From Promethearchaeia archaeon (GTDB taxonomy: Archaea > Asgardarchaeota > Lokiarchaeia > Sigyniarchaeales > SOKP01): a stretch of DNA of 64,000 nt. Position numbers and translations under genes: made by a program. Shown in pieces: positions 32,801-42,149 of this stretch (the stretch's first letter is position 1; every line of letters begins with the position of its first letter). The notes below the pieces were generated by a model, which saw only the letters and a program-made list of their open reading frames with translations, did not search any database and was not told where the DNA came from. The stretch covers positions 480,001 through 544,000 of the forward strand of contig JAHQWG010000016.1 of assembly GCA_029856045.1 (NCBI GenBank). Direction: 5' to 3'.

Positions 32801-33699
32801 ATCATCCTCGAATTAACGTTATAACAACTATTTGTGGCATCTTTCGAGACACATTCCCATACATTTTAGATTTAATAAATCATGCAGTTGAATTGGTTGT
32901 TGATTTGGATGAACCTTTAGAGCAAAATTATGTAAAGAAATCAGCAATGGAATTAAAAGAGCAAGGTGCTGAAAATCCAGAAGCAAGAGTTTTTGGTCCA
33001 CCTCCAGGCAAATATAATACAAATTTAACTAATATTATTTCTGCTGGTCAATGGGAAAATGAAAAAGAACTAATCGATGATTACCTTAATAATATGAGCT
33101 ATGCATATATGCGAAATCAAAAAGTAAAGAGGAGTGTCAAGGCATTTTCTGAAAATATAAGAAAAATAAACCTTATGAGTCAAATTCGGGATTCAAGTGA
33201 ATATCATATAACGGATTTAGACCATTATTATGAATTTACCGGTGGATTAGCCAGAACCTATGAAGAACTAAGTGGTAAAAAGGCTAATATCTATATTGCG
33301 GATACCTCCAGTAAAAAAATTAAAGTTGACGCCATAGAAAAAAGCATAAAAGAAGGGGCAATTACAAGAACTTTAAATCCTCGCTGGATTAAAGGGTTGT
33401 TAGTTCATAAATACCATGGAGGACAAAAAATTGCAGAAAAAGTTGAAAACATATTAGGTTTGGCTGCAACAACACATAGTGTGGATAATTGGATTTGGGA
33501 TAAATCATATGAACAATACTTCGAAAATGAAGAAATACGAGAGGCTTTGATTGAAAATAATAGGTTTGCTATGATGGATATTATAAAAAATATGCTCCAA
33601 GCGGACCAAAGAGGTTATTGGGATGCACCTGAGGAAAAGATTGATAACCTAAAGAAGCTATTCCTTGAACTAGAAAATTGGGTTGAAATGATGTATTAA
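29878..33699 (+). CDS. CobN/ChlH-family chelatase large subunit
   Basis: PELDG, YNYPP, PHHQYLAFY, HIGTHG..EFLPGK, AKRR, PTGRN, LNPRWI motifs. Confidence 0.93.
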   Translation: MGKKINIDRKIPKITLISASIFMKHITDGIQEIYNELGKIFEFKSYFLNDVDSGKVKKEDFIKKIYESEVMLIDIRGNCPTVEILVETYDKMERENPELFQEKTIVALVGGNSEIRRLTQMGPFLARKIPAPKSTEYGTDEIPDLTTAVRFGQKMTEMMRFLGRILPIKSLRHARYWVLMMNYWTYGFAGMASNHKNMILFLLKHYLGHKDLDVSKPAKIPSYGIYDVKMNKYFDKLDDYLIEKPLNANKQTIGLFYYGGLYFEQSLPIVEEFTNYLSDYNIIPVFSDILTNVEAHEKFFFKKGLKIVSLIINLQYFQLNGGPLGGDGSVTLELFKKMDIPHFNPIIQFDMSYEEYQNSQEGIIPINQIIAVVMPELDGRFEMLTVGCMKNLGYSEEIHSDVLEVAPLTENIKFTTERIRKWLNLREKLNSEKKIAIIIYNYPPGEDKIGNAAYLDVSESLRNLLNTLKKEGYAIESLPEDKNLAEIFLKNGSVNSPKYTSVDNFNGTLLSKGKYLEYFNSLSNKLQQEIIEFWGEPIGKIMVENSSIKLPITQLKNIYICLQPSRSTVSGDPNDYHNKNLPPHHQYLAFYRYIEDIIKADAIIHIGTHGTEEFLPGKECAGSFNDYNLNLLGSLPNIYYYHITNTSESAIAKRRANALIINHAGPSFKNSDLYEDLERLESLIVEYQNQFSLGSSSSVESVKSERIRDLEKEIDEIAKDLNLEYRSISELEDLLYRYKISIIPMGLHVLGKNYNLEEKFDLIRMILINSGEIPPAIENIVSKFGTNEREQSENIKEYLMDIIRKLSLFVEINKNVVKKISKELETEYDLTQEDHNLMIEWIGNLLDRMDNSMEMSNIIHALEGGYIEPGLGGDPIRSPHIFPTGRNSFGFDPRLIPNTTAYRRGGEIAEKLIQNYKKENNKWPQTVSVVLWAFETMKTGGETVGQIFNYLGVRAVKNKSIWTTELEVIPLEELNHPRINVITTICGIFRDTFPYILDLINHAVELVVDLDEPLEQNYVKKSAMELKEQGAENPEARVFGPPPGKYNTNLTNIISAGQWENEKELIDDYLNNMSYAYMRNQKVKRSVKAFSENIRKINLMSQIRDSSEYHITDLDHYYEFTGGLARTYEELSGKKANIYIADTSSKKIKVDAIEKSIKEGAITRTLNPRWIKGLLVHKYHGGQKIAEKVENILGLAATTHSVDNWIWDKSYEQYFENEEIREALIENNRFAMMDIIKNMLQADQRGYWDAPEEKIDNLKKLFLELENWVEMMY

Positions 33700-33714
33700 G
33701 TTAGGAGTAAAAAA

Positions 33715-34056
33715 TTATGTTAATTTTTTAAAAAGAGCTTGGAATTCTGCTTTTACATTTGATAATCCTAGGGTTCCAAGTAAATGTATAGTCTTTTTAT
33801 TTAAAGAATAGAAAGAGCGTAGTTCATTACGCTTATATTCTTTTCTCTTTTCATTTCTAATGAAGTTCTTTTCTCTTAGTATTTTTAGATGATAATTTAA
33901 TTTATTTTCTTGGACAGATGATAACAATTTTTTTAATTGGCTGAAAGATAAAGATTGTTCACTTGCGAAGAGAGTTAGAAGAATTTTATATCTTGTTTTT
34001 TCGGAAATGATTTCTAAATCTTTTCTCACATTCTCAAAGTTTTTGGGGGTCTGTAT
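33715..34056 (-). CDS. ArsR-family winged-helix regulator
   Basis: R..IL..L.....LSFSQL...L.YHL..L motif. Track start GTG 34029; alternative ATA at 34056 follows SD GGAGTGA. Confidence 0.78.
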   Translation of the reverse strand: MQTPKNFENVRKDLEIISEKTRYKILLTLFASEQSLSFSQLKKLLSSVQENKLNYHLKILREKNFIRNEKRKEYKRNELRSFYSLNKKTIHLLGTLGLSNVKAEFQALFKKLT

Positions 34057-34203
34057 TTTTTCTCACTCCTATTTAAAGTTATTTTTTTTTTTAATCTAAT
34101 TAATAAATATTTTAAAATATTATTTTAACTACTTAGAAAATTTTTAAAAATTAATTTATCATTCAATTACACTAAATTAAATAATGACAAAGGTAGTTAA
34201 AAA

Positions 34204-35013
34204 ATGCCAAAAAAAGTTAAATATATTGATTTATCAATCCCCATAGCTAATGATACTTTATGTGATCCTCCACTCACGACGCCTAAAATTGAATATGGTG
34301 ATCATATTAGAGGGGCTGAAGAAATGGCTTTCGCATTTCCAAAACTGAAACCTGAAGAGCACTTACCCGATGGAAAAGGATGGGTTACCGAATCAATTAC
34401 TCTATCAACTCATAGCGGATCCCATATGGACGCTCCATGGCATTATGCTCCTGTGCAAGATAGAGAGATTGGGGAAAGAAAGGCAATGACAATCGATGAA
34501 ATTCCATTGGAATGGTGTGTAGGACCTTTAATTGTTCTTGATTGTACTAATTTTGAAGAAGGTTATGTAATGACATCTGAGGATATAGATCACAAATTAA
34601 ATCAAATAAATCATAAATTACAGGAAGGAGATATCCTTTGTGTTCATACTAATGCTCCGAAATATTTCGGGACTAGAGAATATATTAATCATGGAGTAGG
34701 CGTTGGAAAAGAAGCAACATTACATATTATTAGACAAGGCGTTCACGTAGTTGGAATCGATGCTTGGAGTTGGGACGCTCCGTTTTTGATTACAGCGAAA
34801 AAATGGAAGAAATCAGTTAAAGAAAAAAAACCAAACCCAAGCATTATTTGGGAGGGTCATTTTGCTGGTATCGAATTAGGATACTTCCAAATGGAAAAAC
34901 TAACAAACTTAGATAAGGTTTCTCCCGTTGGAGCTACAATTTATTGCTTTCCTATAAAAATAACTGGTGCTAGCGGAGGATGGGTGCGTGCGGTAGCAAC
35001 ATTGCCCCAATAA
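34204..35013 (+). CDS. Cyclase-family (kynurenine formamidase-like) metal hydrolase
   Basis: IDLS, HSGSHMDAP.H, VGID..SWD, E.L.NLD, G.SGGWVRAVA motifs. Confidence 0.9.
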   Translation: MPKKVKYIDLSIPIANDTLCDPPLTTPKIEYGDHIRGAEEMAFAFPKLKPEEHLPDGKGWVTESITLSTHSGSHMDAPWHYAPVQDREIGERKAMTIDEIPLEWCVGPLIVLDCTNFEEGYVMTSEDIDHKLNQINHKLQEGDILCVHTNAPKYFGTREYINHGVGVGKEATLHIIRQGVHVVGIDAWSWDAPFLITAKKWKKSVKEKKPNPSIIWEGHFAGIELGYFQMEKLTNLDKVSPVGATIYCFPIKITGASGGWVRAVATLPQ

Positions 35014-35099
35014 TTCCATAAAAAAAGTTTTTATATTAATCAAATTTCAAAAAACTTTTGATATATTTTTTAATTCAGTTATTTCATTTTTACTTTAAA
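34799..35099 (+). repeat. 301-bp direct repeat, copy 1 (cyclase 3' end plus downstream spacer)
   Basis: Matches 37268-37568 with 5 substitutions by eye. Confidence 0.95.
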
Positions 35100-35190
35100 C
35101 GGAGGTATTTCTTGGTCAATTTCAATATCATTTGGATTTTTACTTTTCAATTTCATCTATCACCAGCCAATTTAATAAAAAATTCATGAT
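35086..35190 (-). pseudogene. Remnant of the tandem MaoC genes with an internal deletion
   Basis: Matches 38942-39046 (2 substitutions). Preceded by a copy of about 38549-38579, joined through ATTTT microhomology (about 367 bp deleted). Confidence 0.9.
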
Positions 35191-35270
35191 CATTATAATT
35201 TGATCACATTTCGAAATTCTGTAATCGAATAGAATACCCATTATAATGGGAATTAAAAAAAAAAGGGAAA

Positions 35271-36071
35271 TTAAAATTTGGTTTTTTTCTGAAAAATTAT
35301 AATTCCTAGGATTATGAATATAAGAGTAAATCCAAAAATAATTAGAACTCCACCCCAGATAGGGATTGGAATTGCCTCGGCAGTATATCCAATCAAGGAG
35401 CTACTATATAATTGCTCTTCTAACCCATGACCCATCACTGTGATTTGCATATAAACTTGTTTTGCCCAATATGGAGGTGTAAAATAAACTATTGGACTTT
35501 CAAATGGCATAAGGGAACCTGAAATGAAAAGGATTGGTAAATAATACATCAACGAAAAACCATTTGCGATTTGTGGGGTTTTTGAAACGCTAGCGATTAT
35601 AATACCCATACCAACCGCAGAAATACCAAATAAAAGCGAAACCAAAAACCCTATCAATAAACCTAACAAATTATTGAAGTAAACTCCAAGAATAACATAC
35701 CCTAGGACGAACATAATGATTATTTGAAGCGTCAATGTTATAGATTCAGAGATTAAAGATCCGAGGAAGACATTCTTCCTACCCGTTGGCATTGTATCTA
35801 ATCTCTCGAGCATACCTGAACTTTTATCTGATGCAAATCCAATTGCCGCACTTACGGTTCCAACGCTCGTTGCATATATTATCATCCCAGGAAAACCATA
35901 ATCAAAGGACGATAAACCATTAGAAATTCCTTGACTGCCAAGAATGAAATAGAACAAGAATGTAAACATAATTGGAAATCCGAGGGAAAAAAGGTAATAT
36001 TCCCAGCGACGGAATGAATCTTTTAAATTCTTGATAGCAATAACAATCATCTTTTTATCTAATATATCCAT
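35271..36071 (-). CDS. ABC-2 type exporter permease
   Basis: Six TMs, G.LERL..MP motif, SG.L.P. Confidence 0.9.
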   Translation of the reverse strand: MDILDKKMIVIAIKNLKDSFRRWEYYLFSLGFPIMFTFLFYFILGSQGISNGLSSFDYGFPGMIIYATSVGTVSAAIGFASDKSSGMLERLDTMPTGRKNVFLGSLISESITLTLQIIIMFVLGYVILGVYFNNLLGLLIGFLVSLLFGISAVGMGIIIASVSKTPQIANGFSLMYYLPILFISGSLMPFESPIVYFTPPYWAKQVYMQITVMGHGLEEQLYSSSLIGYTAEAIPIPIWGGVLIIFGFTLIFIILGIIIFQKKTKF

Positions 36072-37043
36072 TTAATCTCTCAACCTCCTTCCAGTTAAAT
36101 TTAGAAATACATCTTCGAGAGTGTTTTGACGGAAATTCATGGTTTCGACATCATTAATATTTTCAACGAGAATTAGTTTTTGGAAAATTTCTATAAAATT
36201 CTTCATACCACCCTTAAACGAAATCAAAAGAGTTCTTTCACCAATTACATTATAATTATTTACGGATGATATATTATCACACTGATTTTTGACGATATTC
36301 AAATCCTCTTTCTCAGAAAAAGTAATTTCTATCACATTTTCACTTCCATGCTTTTCTTTTAACTCAGTTGGTGAACCTTGAGCAATAATTTTCCCGTGAT
36401 CTATAATTGCAACATGATCACTGAGAGAATCAGCCTCGATCATGTCGTGTGTCATGAGAACAATTGTAACACCCTTATTCTTTAAATCACGAATAAAATC
36501 CCAAACAATTCGCCTTGCTTGAGGATCTAATCCAGCTGTGGGTTCATCAAGAAAGAGAATTTCAGGTTCATGAACTAGAGCCATTATCAGGTTTAAACGA
36601 CGTTTCATGCCGCCTGAAAATTTTTTCGCCCAAATCTTTCGACCACCAATATCCAATTTTTCTAACAAGGTTTTAGCTTTCTCTTTTGCCTTCTTAAAAG
36701 GAATATCGTGCATTTGAGCGACGAAAATAACATTTTCTTCAGCTGTTAATATGTCATAAATTACAATTTCTTGAGGACAGACGCCAATTAACTTAATAAT
36801 ACTACTTTTCCCTGTTTTAATACTATGTCCCTTAATTGTTGCATCACCCGATGTTGGTGTCAGAACAGTTGTTAATAGTCGAGCTAATGTTGATTTTCCA
36901 GCACCATTTGGACCTAGAATGCTAAACAATTCTCCTTTCTGGATATTTAAAGACACACCATCAACTGCTTTAATATCTTTAAAATGCTTTTTGATATTCT
37001 GAATTTCAATAACAGTAGATTTTTCAATAACAGTATTACTCAT
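36072..37043 (-). CDS. ABC exporter ATP-binding protein (DrrA/NodI-like)
   Basis: GPNGAGKST, FSGGMKRR, LDEPTAGLDP, C-terminal TLEDVFL.LTG. Confidence 0.95.
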   Translation of the reverse strand: MSNTVIEKSTVIEIQNIKKHFKDIKAVDGVSLNIQKGELFSILGPNGAGKSTLARLLTTVLTPTSGDATIKGHSIKTGKSSIIKLIGVCPQEIVIYDILTAEENVIFVAQMHDIPFKKAKEKAKTLLEKLDIGGRKIWAKKFSGGMKRRLNLIMALVHEPEILFLDEPTAGLDPQARRIVWDFIRDLKNKGVTIVLMTHDMIEADSLSDHVAIIDHGKIIAQGSPTELKEKHGSENVIEITFSEKEDLNIVKNQCDNISSVNNYNVIGERTLLISFKGGMKNFIEIFQKLILVENINDVETMNFRQNTLEDVFLNLTGRRLRD

Positions 37044-37267
37044 ATTATGACATCATATTTTAAAGAAGTGAATTTTAATATATTTAGTATATTCAAGGCT
37101 CTCTTTTTATTTTTTATTTTTTACTTTTTATTTTTTATTTTATTTAACTATTTGTAATAAATTTTTTTAAAACTATATGTAGATTAAGTTTTTAATATTA
37201 GATAATTTATTTTCATCATTATTTAATTTGAATAGAGTTTTAAATCATAAATTAATCGCTTTCTTAT

Positions 37268-37568
37268 AAAAATGGAAGAAATCAGTTAAAGAAGAAAAAC
37301 CAAACCCAAGCATTATTTGGGAGGGTCATTTTGCTGGTATCGAATTAGGATACTTCCAAATGGAAAAACTAACAAACTTAGACAAGGTTCCTCCCGTTGG
37401 AGCTATAATTTATTGCTTTCCTATAAAAATAACTGGTGCTAGCGGAGGATGGGTGCGTGCGGTAGCAAAATTGCCCCAATAATTCCATAAAAAAAGTTTT
37501 TATATTAATCAAATTTCAAAAAACTTTTGATATATTTTTTAATTCAGTTATTTCATTTTTACTTTAAA
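37268..37568 (+). repeat. 301-bp direct repeat, copy 2 (5'-truncated cyclase fragment)
   Basis: Encodes the cyclase C-terminus (KWKKSVKEEKPNP...AVAKLPQ*) without its 5' part. Confidence 0.95.
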
Positions 37569-37809
37569 TACTCAATTAACAATAAAAAAAAAATATCAAG
37601 AACCCTTTTGTTTGAGAAGAAAAGACTTCTTTACAAAATACTTACTTCAAAATGGATATATTTCTTTTGTATTTTAAAAAAAAAGCGTAATAAATTATGT
37701 TTAATTTTGAAAAAGCTATAAATACCTCTTATAATAATTATCTAATTGGTTTAATAAAACTAGAATAACAATAAAAAAGTCCTTAAACATATGTAAAAAG
37801 GTTGGAAAA

Positions 37810-38502
37810 TTGAAAAAATATATAAAAATTAATCTAACTTTCATTTTAATAATATTCCAATTCTTGTTGGTTTTTTATATACCTGTGAATGCCCAAGTAA
37901 ATAAATCCTTCTATCCAGTTGCCGATTCATATGTCAGAGATCATTATCAAGAAAATAATTATGGAAATTTAGATTACCTAATGATTGCCAACTATACAGA
38001 TAAAATAGCTTTCAGCTTCATTATGTTTGATCTTTCTGATCTTCCTAATGATGCTTATATAAATTTGGGAACTTTAAAACTAAAATCAAAATATATCGGT
38101 CGAGGTCTTATAAAATATGACCTTCTTTCCCCTAATTCTATTGGAGTTTGCAAATCAGAAAATATTACTTGGATAGAAACTGATATCAATTGGAATAACA
38201 AACCTGAGTTCTCCCAAGAAACAATCTCAATAGATGGTGTTTACAGTCCTGATACTTGGGGAACTTGGAAGATAACCGAAGTTATTATACCAGGGGAAAA
38301 ATTAACAATAGTATTGAAAGCATATCATGAAGAAACTGGTTTTTATTCGAGGGAATCAGATTATTGCCCTGAGTTAGAGATAGAATATCTAGAAAGGGGT
38401 TTCATAATTATAGTTCAAATAATAGTAGCAGTAAGTGCAATTAGTGTAATAATACTCGTAAGTTTTATATATATGCGTCGGAGAAGAAGCAAAAAAAAAT
38501 AA
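37810..38502 (+). CDS. Surface protein with DNRLRE/CBM96-like domain and C-terminal membrane anchor
   Basis: Signal peptide, ADSYV....NYG, FDLS.LP, W.E..INWNNKP, FYSRES...PELEI, C-terminal TM plus basic tail. Confidence 0.8.
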   Translation: MKKYIKINLTFILIIFQFLLVFYIPVNAQVNKSFYPVADSYVRDHYQENNYGNLDYLMIANYTDKIAFSFIMFDLSDLPNDAYINLGTLKLKSKYIGRGLIKYDLLSPNSIGVCKSENITWIETDINWNNKPEFSQETISIDGVYSPDTWGTWKITEVIIPGEKLTIVLKAYHEETGFYSRESDYCPELEIEYLERGFIIIVQIIVAVSAISVIILVSFIYMRRRRSKKK

Positions 38503-38577
38503 ATTCTTATGCTATTTTTACTATTAGCCAAATTTCTATAAAATTTTTAATATATTTTTTAATTTAGTTATTTCATT

Positions 38578-39012
38578 TTATCTATTTTTTATAAAAATAA
38601 GATTTATAATACCATTCATTACTGTTTCCCCACTTAATTTTTCAACTAAATACTTGCAGATTATTATCTTTTTATTACCAATATTCTGGATCTCCACAAC
38701 TTTTCCCTTACAAACTATTTCCTCATCAATATAAACGGGTTTTCCAAATTGCATGGTAATATTTTTTATTAATTTTATATCAACAACCCAATCAATTATC
38801 CACTTGGTTATAAAAGAAAATAAAAAATTACCAGCAATAACAATATTATCAAAACCCAATTTTTTAGCATAATTTAAATTAAAATGAAGAGGATTAATCT
38901 CATGAATCAATCTATTATACTTTCCGTATACTTTTTTTTCAATTTTTGCTTTAAACGGAGGTATTTCTTGGCCAATTTCAATATCATTTGGATTTTTACT
39001 TTTCAATTTCAT
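38578..39012 (-). CDS. MaoC-like hot-dog fold dehydratase
   Basis: NPLH....AK..GF..IVIAG, F.KPV motifs; the canonical Asp/His positions are partly diverged. Confidence 0.8.
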   Translation of the reverse strand: MKLKSKNPNDIEIGQEIPPFKAKIEKKVYGKYNRLIHEINPLHFNLNYAKKLGFDNIVIAGNFLFSFITKWIIDWVVDIKLIKNITMQFGKPVYIDEEIVCKGKVVEIQNIGNKKIIICKYLVEKLSGETVMNGIINLIFIKNR

Positions 39013-39512
39013 CTATCACCAGCCAATTTAATAAAAAATTCATGATTATCTATCGCATAAATTGTATCATTCTCGCCTAAAACAGATGTTTTAAAAATAA
39101 CAGAATAATAAGTTCCTTTTTTACCTGTTTTTTTAACCGGTTCCGTTAAATCAATTTTTACTTTATATTTTTTATTCAATAACATTGGACTATAAAATTC
39201 AACTTCCGAACTTGTATGTATAACTCCAATAGCTAATTTTTGATAAAATTCAGGTCCTATTATAATAAAGAATTGATTTATTGCCCTGTTAGTTATGCTC
39301 ATAAAATAACCCGGTGGAATTAATCTACCTTGATAACCCTTTTTTATTGCTACTGCATCATCTAGGTAAATTGGATTATTATCATCAATCAACTCACAGA
39401 ATTTATTAATTTCTCTTTCATCTATGTTAATCTCTTGAGTTCCCATTTCTCTTACTACTTCTTTTATTCGAATCTTAAATTTTTTTACTAATTGAGTTTT
39501 ACTTCCCGCCAT
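39009..39512 (-). CDS. MaoC/FAS1-like dehydratase (N-terminal-type subunit)
   Basis: F...IDD.NPIY.D...A...GY...IPP, IH....EF..P; overlaps its partner by ATGA. Confidence 0.8.
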   Translation of the reverse strand: MAGSKTQLVKKFKIRIKEVVREMGTQEINIDEREINKFCELIDDNNPIYLDDAVAIKKGYQGRLIPPGYFMSITNRAINQFFIIIGPEFYQKLAIGVIHTSSEVEFYSPMLLNKKYKVKIDLTEPVKKTGKKGTYYSVIFKTSVLGENDTIYAIDNHEFFIKLAGDR

Positions 39513-39684
39513 TATTTTACTTCTGTTAAATAATTGGATAATTTAATAAAAGTTAAATTTAGATATTTAAAAAAATTCTTTATCTAACTTATTTGATAAA
39601 TGGATTCTATAGAATTTTTTTATTTAATATTTATACGTTTTTTTCTAAAATATAAATATATAATTAAGAAAAAAGAAAAAAAAT

Positions 39685-40872
39685 ATGTTTGATGTAATAG
39701 TTTCAGGAGCAGGACCAGCAGGGTCAAAGTGTGCCGAAATCTTGGCTAAAAATGGTTTTAAAGTAGCCCTAATTGAAAAAGATATTAATTGGCGAAAACC
39801 TGGTGGCGGAGGTTCAAGTGTAAGGCTTTTTAAATATTACCCCCAATTAAGAAGCTTGAATCTTCATAAAAAACATACAATTAAGATGTATTCCGCTGAT
39901 TTTCATAAATTGGAATATAAATATAAAGGGTTTGAGGATTACTCAGTAGTAATTGATCGATTGGAATTAGATAATTTGATGAGAGAAGTAGCAGTTAACG
40001 CTGGTGCAGAACTCTTTGATAAAAATCTTTCATTTGATTTTATAACTAAAAACCAACAGAAAATTGGAATTAAAACAAAAACCTCTTCAGGGATGAAAGA
40101 ATATTTTGGAAAAGTGATTATCATTGCTGATGGGATGAGTTCTAAATTAGCAATAAAATCTGGTTTAAGAAAACGTTGGAAAACCGAAGAATTAGGTATA
40201 TCAAAATGTGCGATAATGGAAGGGGAAAATTCAATGGATATTAATACCGTATATTTTTTTTACAAACCATTTTATGGTTATGGCTGGATTTTTCCTATTG
40301 ATCAAAAACGTTTCAACATTGGCGTTATCACATTCTATGAAGATAATTATAATCATAATCTAAATAAACTTTATAATGATTTCTTAAAAGAACCGAAAGT
40401 AAAAAAGCTATTATTTAAATCAGATTATAAACAAATTTGGATGAGTTCCTATCCTTTACCAAGTACAGGAGTGTTAGAGAAAAGCTTATATGGAAATAAT
40501 TTAATGATCGTGGGTGATGCTGCAGGTTTTACATCTCCAATAAGTGGAGAAGGGCTACATGCTTGTGTAGTATCTGGAAAGGTTGCAGCTGAAACAGCGA
40601 TTAATGCTTTTAAAATAGAGGATTTCTCCGAAAAGGCACTAAAAAAATACAAGTTTAATGCAAATATAAAAAAAATAATTAGGAGTTTTAAATTAAAGCG
40701 CTCGCTTGCAGATTTTTTTTATGAACAAGGGGGCATTAATCTAAATATAATTTTTAAATTGGCTGAAAACGATTCAAAATTTAGAAAAACGACAACGGAT
40801 ATCTTTTTATTTAACGCAACTCCTCCAAAAGACTTTTTTTCAAGAATTAAAAAAGCAAATTTTAAATTTTAA
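39685..40872 (+). CDS. Geranylgeranyl reductase family flavoprotein
   Basis: GAGPAG, ADG, YGWIFP, GDAAG...P.SGEG motifs. Confidence 0.9.
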   Translation: MFDVIVSGAGPAGSKCAEILAKNGFKVALIEKDINWRKPGGGGSSVRLFKYYPQLRSLNLHKKHTIKMYSADFHKLEYKYKGFEDYSVVIDRLELDNLMREVAVNAGAELFDKNLSFDFITKNQQKIGIKTKTSSGMKEYFGKVIIIADGMSSKLAIKSGLRKRWKTEELGISKCAIMEGENSMDINTVYFFYKPFYGYGWIFPIDQKRFNIGVITFYEDNYNHNLNKLYNDFLKEPKVKKLLFKSDYKQIWMSSYPLPSTGVLEKSLYGNNLMIVGDAAGFTSPISGEGLHACVVSGKVAAETAINAFKIEDFSEKALKKYKFNANIKKIIRSFKLKRSLADFFYEQGGINLNIIFKLAENDSKFRKTTTDIFLFNATPPKDFFSRIKKANFKF

Positions 40873-40903
40873 TTTTTTTTTATTAAAAAAAAGTAATAAT
40901 AAT

Positions 40904-41135
40904 TCAACTAATTTCTCGTAATAATTCATCAATTAAGTCTAAACCAGCTAATAAGTGTTCCTTTTTGGTACCAATACCGATGCGGATATAACTATCCATC
41001 CCGAAACAGTCTCCTGCCACTATGAAAACATCCTTCTCTTCTCTGAGTTTATTAGAGAGTTCTGTGGAATTGATTTTCATATTATATCGCAAGAACGCCA
41101 GACCTCCTGCACTAGGCGGAACGAATTGAAAGAGA
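40904..41135 (-). pseudogene. 3' fragment of a diverged allele of the aminotransferase at 45923-47035
   Basis: Encodes LFQFVPPSAGGLAFLRYNMKINSTEL...DELLREIS*, co-linear with the C-terminus of the full gene; 5' part missing. Confidence 0.9.
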
Positions 41136-41168
41136 TTTTATCTTAGTTAATAATAATTTAAGGGTTTT

Positions 41169-42149
41169 TCAATCTTTACTAGTCTGTTCTGTTCTTAAAA
41201 TCTCCTGAAACAAGGAGTTTTCAATATTTCCTCCACTCACCACGGCCACCACATTCTTTTTTGCGAATTTCCGCTTTTCTTCAAGGATGTGGGCAATGAC
41301 CGTTGCTCCCGCTCCTTCAACGATCTGCCCCTCTTTCTTCCATAAAAGGCGGATTGCTTCTTCGATACTTTTCTCCTTGACTAAGACCAACTCATCTACA
41401 TACTTTTGTACCAATTCCAAGGTGATAGCTTCGGGATCAAGACCACCCAATAAGCCTTCCGCTAATGTATGATACTCTTCAACTTTTACCACTTTTCTAG
41501 CTTTCCAAGATTCATACATTGTGGAAGCTCCCTCCGTTTGAACCCCTATTATCTCGACATTAGGGTTCAAAGATTTTACTGCGATGGCAATTCCAGAAAT
41601 TAAGCTTCCTCCACCAACAGGAACAATAATTAAATCTACCCGTCCAATCTCTTCATAAATCTCAAGACCTATTGTTCCTTGACCCGCTATAACCTCCAGA
41701 TCATTGTATGAACTGATGTAGGGTATATTTTTGCTTATAGATATCTCTCTTGCTTTTGTATAGATCTCTTCAAAGTCTCCTTCTTGAATAACTTTGATAT
41801 CATACTCCTTCATCTTGTTTAGCTTGGCTTTTGATACATTCGTTGGAACTACAATTATGGCAAAGATACCTAAATGTTTTGCAGCTAAGGATACTGCCAA
41901 TGCATGATTCCCTGATGAAGCGGTAACAACACCACGAGACCTCTCTTCTGTACTTAATTGCATCATTAGGTTAAATGCTCCTCGTATCTTGAAAGAGTTG
42001 GTAATTTGTTGATTCTCCAACTTGAGATAGATTGTGCCATTACATAGCTCACTAAAAAACTCTGAATAGACAAGAGGTGTTCTCTTGACAAACTCGTTGA
42101 TTCTCTTTTGCGCATCCTTTATTTTTTTTAGATTAATTATTTCAGATAT
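41169..42149 (-). CDS. Threonine/serine dehydratase (PLP fold II; IlvA catalytic domain/EutB/serine racemase-like)
   Basis: SFKIRGA, SSGNHA, PVGGGSL, SGGN motifs. The conserved N-terminus (AQKRI..FVKRTPL...LKLEN) lies upstream of the track start and is reachable only from ATA/ATH codons such as 42149. Confidence 0.92.
   Translation of the reverse strand: MSEIINLKKIKDAQKRINEFVKRTPLVYSEFFSELCNGTIYLKLENQQITNSFKIRGAFNLMMQLSTEERSRGVVTASSGNHALAVSLAAKHLGIFAIIVVPTNVSKAKLNKMKEYDIKVIQEGDFEEIYTKAREISISKNIPYISSYNDLEVIAGQGTIGLEIYEEIGRVDLIIVPVGGGSLISGIAIAVKSLNPNVEIIGVQTEGASTMYESWKARKVVKVEEYHTLAEGLLGGLDPEAITLELVQKYVDELVLVKEKSIEEAIRLLWKKEGQIVEGAGATVIAHILEEKRKFAKKNVVAVVSGGNIENSLFQEILRTEQTSKD

Noticed and set aside
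34100-34155. A/T-only palindromes between the ArsR gene and the cyclase
   Set aside because: Expected by chance in near-pure A/T DNA
37100-37150. TTTTTA-type tandem repeats (also about 45511-45570)
   Set aside because: Low-complexity sequence without unique spacers; not CRISPR
37268-37568. DGR template/variable repeat pair with the cyclase 3' end
   Set aside because: The five differences are not adenine-specific and no reverse transcriptase is present
37527-37721. 64-aa ORF
   Set aside because: Low-complexity AT-rich spacer spanning a repeat end; not protein-like
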